DNA of 64,000 nucleotides from an uncultured cyanobacterium (GTDB lineage: Bacteria > Cyanobacteriota > Cyanobacteriia > Phormidesmidales > Phormidesmidaceae), in assembly GCA_963793265.1 (NCBI GenBank), contig CAWBZI010000007.1:160001-224000 (forward strand), read 5' to 3'. The notes beneath the pieces are model-generated. The model had not been told where the DNA came from. It made no database searches and was given only the letters and a program-made list of their open reading frames with translations. Both the position numbers and the translations under genes were made by a program. Below are positions 57,309 to 64,000 of the stretch, one piece after another. Position 1 is the first letter of the stretch, and every line of letters begins with the position of its first letter.

Positions 57309-58484
57309 TTGCTAATGTCTATTGATACATCCATTCAGCGGTCGAAAGTATTACTGACGGCTTTTTTAGCGGCTATCTTACTTGGCGGCTGCGCCCTGCC
57401 CCAGGTCAGCGCCCAAGACCGACTGTTTTTAGATGTCTCTGCGGAGCTAACCGGCAGCACCGTTTTGAGTGAGCAGAGTTTTGAGGGTGAGCCAGTGGGA
57501 GGAATTTCTGCGATCGCCTACGATATTCCGCGTGATCGCCTCTACGCCCTTTCAGATAATCGCGATCGCCCCCGCTTCTACACCCTCACCACCGCCGACT
57601 TACAAACCCAAAACCCCACCCTCGCTGTCGAAAGCGTCACCTACCTCAAAGACGAACAGGGCAACCCCTACACCCCCGGCGACATCGACCCTGAAGGCAT
57701 GGCCCTTACCCCCACTGGCACCCTACTAATTTCCAGTGAAGGCTCCCCTACCCGACGCGTCGCCCCCGCTATTGGCGAATACGATTTGGCAACCGGCAAA
57801 CTTCAAAAAGCCTTCCCGCTCCCGACCCGCTACATTCCAGACAGCGTACTCAGCGCAGACGCCTCCGCCCTCGGCAAAGACCAGACTCAGGGCGTCCAAG
57901 AAAACCTCAGCTTTGAAGCGCTTACCATCAACGTCTCATCCGGTGCAGGCGGCGTCTACGAGCCCTACCGCCTCTTTGTTGCCACTGAAGGCCCCTTACT
58001 GCAAGACCTCGACTTTGCCCCCGATATTCCCTACAAAAACCGTCTGCTCCACTACACCATCGACCCCTATCAAACCACCATCATCTCCGAGCACCTCTAC
58101 GAAATGGACTTAGCTCCCTCTGGCGCAGTGCTCCACGGCCTCTCAGAGCTTACGCTGCTCGACCGCGGCGGTCACTTCTTAGCACTAGAGCGTTCCTACG
58201 GCTTTCAAGGCTTTGCAATTCGGCTCTATCAGTTGGCCTCAGGTGGCGCGACAGATATTAGTGCCATCGACTCTCTTAAAGCCGACACCAGCGGCATCAG
58301 CCCTATCCGCAAAGAACTCGTACTCGATTTAGCTGAGCTGCCCATACCGCTACAGAACTACGAAGCGATGACCTTTGGCCCTAGCCCCTCAGAGCGTAGC
58401 CGCACATTATTAGTGATGAGCGATGATAACTTTGACGCAGATCAAGAAACCAGGCTGCTTGTGTTTCAGCTTCAGGCGTCCTAA
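57309..58484 (+). CDS. Esterase-like activity of phytase family lipoprotein
   Basis: Lipobox LGGC; GGISAI, LSD, DPEG, SSEG, NLSFEAL, LERS, NYEAM, SDDNF. Confidence 0.85.
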   Translation: MLMSIDTSIQRSKVLLTAFLAAILLGGCALPQVSAQDRLFLDVSAELTGSTVLSEQSFEGEPVGGISAIAYDIPRDRLYALSDNRDRPRFYTLTTADLQTQNPTLAVESVTYLKDEQGNPYTPGDIDPEGMALTPTGTLLISSEGSPTRRVAPAIGEYDLATGKLQKAFPLPTRYIPDSVLSADASALGKDQTQGVQENLSFEALTINVSSGAGGVYEPYRLFVATEGPLLQDLDFAPDIPYKNRLLHYTIDPYQTTIISEHLYEMDLAPSGAVLHGLSELTLLDRGGHFLALERSYGFQGFAIRLYQLASGGATDISAIDSLKADTSGISPIRKELVLDLAELPIPLQNYEAMTFGPSPSERSRTLLVMSDDNFDADQETRLLVFQLQAS

Positions 58485-58857
58485 ACTTCGGCTGCTAACT
58501 TCTATCAAAAGAGAGAGGGAGTTTAGTTTGGTTTTAAGTAGCTGTTGGCGACGCTTTAACTTTTTCTTATTTTTCTTAAGCGGCGCTTATTTTAAGACAG
58601 CTTTTTGTGCAGTCACTTAATGCATTTTTTAGGCCGCTAAAAGTTATTATTTTTGGCGACCTTACTCAACTTCAAAAAACGCTGAAACCCTAGCAAATAA
58701 AGCACTTTGATTCAGATCGTCAGATCTCAGAATCGGCATTTACACCGGCCTTACAGCTCATTTATCGACCGCCTGCTTTGCAAGAAATTACGCATCCTTG
58801 CGCCCAAACGATGATAAATTGAGCAACAGCAAAGGTCAATTATTAAAGGTTTCATAA

Positions 58858-60018
<1,161 letters not shown>

Positions 60019-60171
60019 GCTCTGATCGTTTGAGTTTGATTGGTGAAAAGGTCAGTTTGCATGTTTGAAGTGCCGACTGGCCTTTTTACTAGCTACTGGC
60101 ATCTTCAATTCGGTTTCCTCTACACGCTTCCGTACACTTACTTCTACTACTGCCACGCACTTTTTTAATCT

Positions 60172-61317
60172 ATGCGAATTGCAATTTTCACGGAAACCTT
60201 TCTGCCTAAAGTGGACGGGATTGTCACTCGTTTGAAGCACACCGTTGAGCACTTGCAGAGCTTCGGGAACGAGGTGTGCGTGTTTTGCCCTGATGGCGGG
60301 CTGCGTGAGTACAAAGGCGCAAAAGTAGAAGGGATTTCTGGCTTCCCGCTGCCGCTTTACCCAGAGCTAAAGCTGGCCTTACCTCGACCTTCGATGCGAG
60401 AGGCGATTGAAGCTTTTAAACCCGACCTAATTCACGTTGTCAATCCTGCCGTTCTAGGCGTGGGCGGCATCTACTACAGCCGCTCGCTCAACATTCCGCT
60501 GATTGCGTCCTATCACACGCACCTGCCTAAGTATTTGGAGCACTACAACCTTGGCATGTTAGAAGGGGTGCTGTGGGAGCTGCTGAAGGCGATGCACAAC
60601 AAAGCGGCTTTGAATTTGTGTACCTCTTCGGTTTTGCAGCAAGAGCTAATCGATCATGAGATCGAGCGGGTAGAGGTGTGGCAGCGCGGGGTTGATACTG
60701 AGCTGTTTCGCCCAGATTTGCGCAGCGATGAAATGCGATCGCGCCTCACAAACGGTCATCCCGACGCGCCAATCTTGATTTACATCGGTCGTCTCTCTGC
60801 CGAAAAAGAAATTGATCGCATTAAGCCCGTCCTAGACGCTATGCCGGGCGCTCGTTTGGCCTTAGTCGGCGACGGCCCTTATCGTGAAGAACTCGAAAAG
60901 CATTTTGCAGGTACGCCTACAAACTTTGTGGGCTACCTGGCGGGCGAAGAACTTGGTGCGGCCTATGCCTCTGCTGATGCGTTTATTTTCCCTTCTCGAA
61001 CTGAGACATTGGGTTTGGTGCTGCTAGAAGCGATGGCCGCAGGCTGTCCGGTGGTGGCTGCTCGCGCGGGTGGTATTCCTGATATTGTGACCGATGGCGT
61101 CAATGGCTTTATGTTTGACCCGACCGATGAGCAGGGGGCGATCGCAGCGACTCAAAAGCTATTAGGGATGAAAGCCGAGCGCGAACTATTACGGCAAAAT
61201 GCTCGGGTAGAAGCTGAGCGCTGGGGTTGGGAAGCTTCTACCCGGCAGCTAGAGCGATACTATATTGCAGTTTTAAGCAGGGGTTTGAATGGGGGAGAAA
61301 TGGTGATCGCAGCTTAG
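60172..61317 (+). CDS. sqdX: Sulfoquinovosyldiacylglycerol synthase (GT4)
   Basis: MRIAIFTETFLPKVDGIVTRL, ETLGLVLLEAMAAG; directly downstream of sqdB. Confidence 0.92.
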   Translation: MRIAIFTETFLPKVDGIVTRLKHTVEHLQSFGNEVCVFCPDGGLREYKGAKVEGISGFPLPLYPELKLALPRPSMREAIEAFKPDLIHVVNPAVLGVGGIYYSRSLNIPLIASYHTHLPKYLEHYNLGMLEGVLWELLKAMHNKAALNLCTSSVLQQELIDHEIERVEVWQRGVDTELFRPDLRSDEMRSRLTNGHPDAPILIYIGRLSAEKEIDRIKPVLDAMPGARLALVGDGPYREELEKHFAGTPTNFVGYLAGEELGAAYASADAFIFPSRTETLGLVLLEAMAAGCPVVAARAGGIPDIVTDGVNGFMFDPTDEQGAIAATQKLLGMKAERELLRQNARVEAERWGWEASTRQLERYYIAVLSRGLNGGEMVIAA

Positions 61318-61677
61318 CTACGCCAAGCTGCGATCACCAGTACCGAAATCGGTATACTGGCGCACCTCGGGCTCATGAAAAGCAAGCACAATATCTTCTT
61401 TAGGAACGCCCATCTCTACTAGCTGATTGGCAATACCGACTTCTGTGCCATCGTGCTGAATCCAGATTTTGCCGTCTTTGATGTCAAGATGTAAAAGACA
61501 GCCGAAGCTACGTTTATTGCCACGCCAGCCAACGTGAAGTAACTGGTAATGATTTCTTTCAGTGTCAAAAAGCGTCTGAATTTCATACTCGCGCGCGTTC
61601 TTTTGCAGTGAAGAAGCTCGTTGACTACGCTCAAAAAGAAGATCTTGAATATACTGCTGATACTGCTCTACGGCCAT
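61318..61677 (-). CDS. xisI: XisI family protein
   Basis: FDTERNHYQLLHVGW...HLDIKDGKIWIQHDGTEVGIA..LVEMGVPKEDIVLAFH. Confidence 0.93.
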   Translation of the reverse strand: MAVEQYQQYIQDLLFERSQRASSLQKNAREYEIQTLFDTERNHYQLLHVGWRGNKRSFGCLLHLDIKDGKIWIQHDGTEVGIANQLVEMGVPKEDIVLAFHEPEVRQYTDFGTGDRSLA

Positions 61678-62078
61678 TTCTCAATTACCTCCTGCTCTAC
61701 ATTGTAGACTAGGAGCTGTAGCTGGTATCGACGCACCGCAGCCGTGATAAACTTTCTTTGAAAAAAGCTTTCGTAGATAGGCGTACGTACGGCGAGGAAA
61801 AGCTGACGGTCTGGCTCAACTATCTCAAGCGCATCTCTGTAGTTGAGAAACTGTCCTAGTGCCGTATGAAAGTCTGAGACGTTAGAGGGGCTAATAAAGC
61901 TCTTGATCTCTACGGCAATCTTCTGAGTGTCTCGAATAGCTGCTACTAGCTGCTCAGCGGCTAAATCTATCTCAAAGTCTACATCATCAACATCGATAGT
62001 ATAGGGATCGTCTGTGATTTGCCAGCCTTCTTTTTCTAAGGCTATTCTAACGACTTGATGGAAACGATCCCTGGCCAT
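61668..62078 (-). CDS. xisH: XisH family protein
   Basis: ARDRFHQVVRIALEKEGWQITDDP, IDLAAE, IAVEIKSF, FHTALGQFLNYR. Confidence 0.93.
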   Translation of the reverse strand: MARDRFHQVVRIALEKEGWQITDDPYTIDVDDVDFEIDLAAEQLVAAIRDTQKIAVEIKSFISPSNVSDFHTALGQFLNYRDALEIVEPDRQLFLAVRTPIYESFFQRKFITAAVRRYQLQLLVYNVEQEVIEKWP

Positions 62079-62246
62079 AGTGCACTGTATAAATTAACTA
62101 AAAAGTCTGCTAGTTTTACTAAGCTACATTTCATGGTGCTTCTATACTCAAACTATTTTATTGAACCTTAACGGAGCAAAGCTGAGCTACTGTCTGTCGA
62201 TAGTGAGCGTATCTAGCTTATTTGTGCTATGAGTAGGTCAAGAAGC

Positions 62247-63434
62247 TTATGCAGTACAGGGCTTGTTTAGATCTAATATACGCATAAAGTTAGCGGATAA
62301 ACGTAGGGTTTCTAGATCTGCTTCTGAAAACGGATCGGGGTCAAAATGCATGATGTCATTTCGTAAGCTACGGATAGCATCCAAGTGTTTTATGAAAATC
62401 TTACGATCAACAAAAATGTTCAAAGAATCCCAGGATTCAGCTCGACCTATCAATCTCAGCGCTTCTCCAAACGATAAATCCGCTACATTGTTGATGGTAC
62501 GATTATCGCTAGGATCTTGTCCTTCAGCGAGCTGATCTCGCGTGAACTTACCATCAATCAGTCTGCGAATATAGTTCTCAATTTCACCGACTAAAAGGAA
62601 TGGCTCTGCTAGTTGGCGAAACTGTAGGCTTAAATCTGTTGTTGTGACAATTCCTGTTATTCTACTATCTTGTTGGCGAACAAGAACGTATCCATGCTTA
62701 ACAATTAATTCTATAGCTGAGAAAAGTGATGATTCAGACTGAACCTCTACAGCTATTCCCATACAGTCTCGAACAAAGATACATTCATTTCCAAGAGCGC
62801 TATGTTCACCAATCGATTCCCAGCTAATAACGCCCTTAATAGTTCTCTCGTTTTGCATGACTGGGAGTTGAGAAAAATTATGCAGCATCATTAGCGTAGT
62901 TGCCTCTGATATCTTTGAGTCTGGCTTAACAGCAATGAGCTGAGTATCGGCTGAAGGCAGTTTTCCCATACGAAATGTCGGGTCTTGAATAGAACCAGAT
63001 ACATATTCCTCAACACATTCTGCATCTACCTCCGTAACGCCTTCACTATCATCACTTGGAAGAGAAGAGGTGATATTCGAAGCATCTTCTTTTCTAACAG
63101 GTACAAAGCGCACAACCGCATCAATGTATACGTTTGAAAAGTCTGGATCGGTCACCAAACCAGCATCTGTTAAAGCTTGCCTAATGAAATGGACGACGTA
63201 TGAACCTCTCCTTCTTGCGCCAAACCAACCCAATAAAACTCTGACGCTTTCTTTTACTTCTTAATCTTTTTCTCTTACCTGTATAGAAATTTCTTGTAAT
63301 CTACTCCATCCCGTCTGGCTATCTTCGCTGTTTACATTATCTCCATACTCAGCGTTGACTAGCATTATGTTATCTTCAGCAGTCTCACGTACGTCGAGAT
63401 CCCCTTCATGATTTTTTGCTTGGTCGTAAGACAT
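62247..63434 (-). pseudogene. CBS-pair protein with a C-terminal HEPN-like (RxxxxH) domain; single in-frame TAA at 63261-63263
   Basis: Frame open from ATG 63434 (MSYDQAK...VREKD*EVKESVRVLLGWFGARRRG); CBS segments HNFSQLPVM and ITGIVTTTDL; IENYIRRLI...IRSLRNDIMHF. Confidence 0.7.
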
Positions 63435-63842
63435 AAAATTCGGTCGTAGATTTTGATGTATCTTAGTCTACTTTCGCACTTTGTTCTCGTGAAATCCTTT
63501 TATTACCTAAGATGAGTGGCTACTTAGTTTGATTTCCTACAACCAGCCTGTGACATAGATCGCTATAAAGATTTTAAACCGCTATGAAGACATATAGAAA
63601 CAGCCCATCATCTGCTGACTATCGTAGCTAGCCTGTCGCGGTGAAAGGCTGATGAGTCACGAGAGGCAAAGTCATAGAATTAGCTCCAAATATTTACCCC
63701 TTTCAGTAGATTCTTTTATAGAGATAATCTGCGATAGTAAGAGGCAGTAGATGGTGCACCTTTTAAAAGCAAAAGCCTTATATTTTAAGGTAACTAAAGG
63801 CGTCGCTTAATTCTACTGTTTGCTCACCCGCCTAAAGTCTTC

Positions 63843-64000
63843 ATGAAAAATACGTCCCAATCTTCCAACCTCGTTAGGAGCTATCTCAAAAATATCGGTC
63901 GCTTTCCTCTACTCACCCATGAACAAGAAATTAAGCTGGGCAAGAAAGTTCAGCAGTATATGGCATTGCAGGAAGTGAAGTCTGACTTGGCCGAGTCAAC
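63843..64000 (+). CDS. RNA polymerase sigma-70 factor (RpoD/SigA family, probably group 2), runs off the window edge
   Basis: MKNTSQSSNLVRSYLKNIGRFPLLTHEQEIKLGKKVQ is sigma region 1.2. Confidence 0.85.
   Translation, partial: MKNTSQSSNLVRSYLKNIGRFPLLTHEQEIKLGKKVQQYMALQEVKSDLAES

Noticed and set aside
58500..58700. Short GGCG-containing dyads in the AT-rich region upstream of sqdB
   Set aside because: Too degenerate to define a motif or RNA structure

Overview
Cyanobacterial chromosomal DNA: the HIP1 octamer GCGATCGC is frequent in core segments, and desC, sqdB/sqdX and XisH/XisI are present. From left to right: a two-component cluster with a heme-c-motif hybrid kinase and a HisKA-REC-MinD fusion; LysR; a TetR-recombinase-like regulator divergent from desC; transport and nitrogen-scavenging genes; and a Cu-ATPase gene split by a nested TG..CA/ISL3 insertion. 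Next is a ~14 kb accessory region built on tRNA-Val(GAC). A 3' half copy lies at 22.2 kb, an intact copy at 31.3 kb and a 5' half copy at 36.2 kb, so two islands flank the intact tRNA. Island A carries a toxin-antitoxin pair and a three-gene pPIWI-RE-type module whose PIWI-like gene has one in-frame TGA. Island B is a decayed integrase/primase element with IS1. Then follow a glycosyltransferase / single-module PKS with a PLP-dependent AONS/SPT-like end domain / dehydrogenase / beta-barrel cluster, TIGR04282/04283-like glycosyltransferases, housekeeping genes, sqdBX, a second XisHI pair, a CBS-HEPN gene with one in-frame TAA, and the start of a sigma-70 gene. All family assignments come from motif recognition by eye; no database searches were run.
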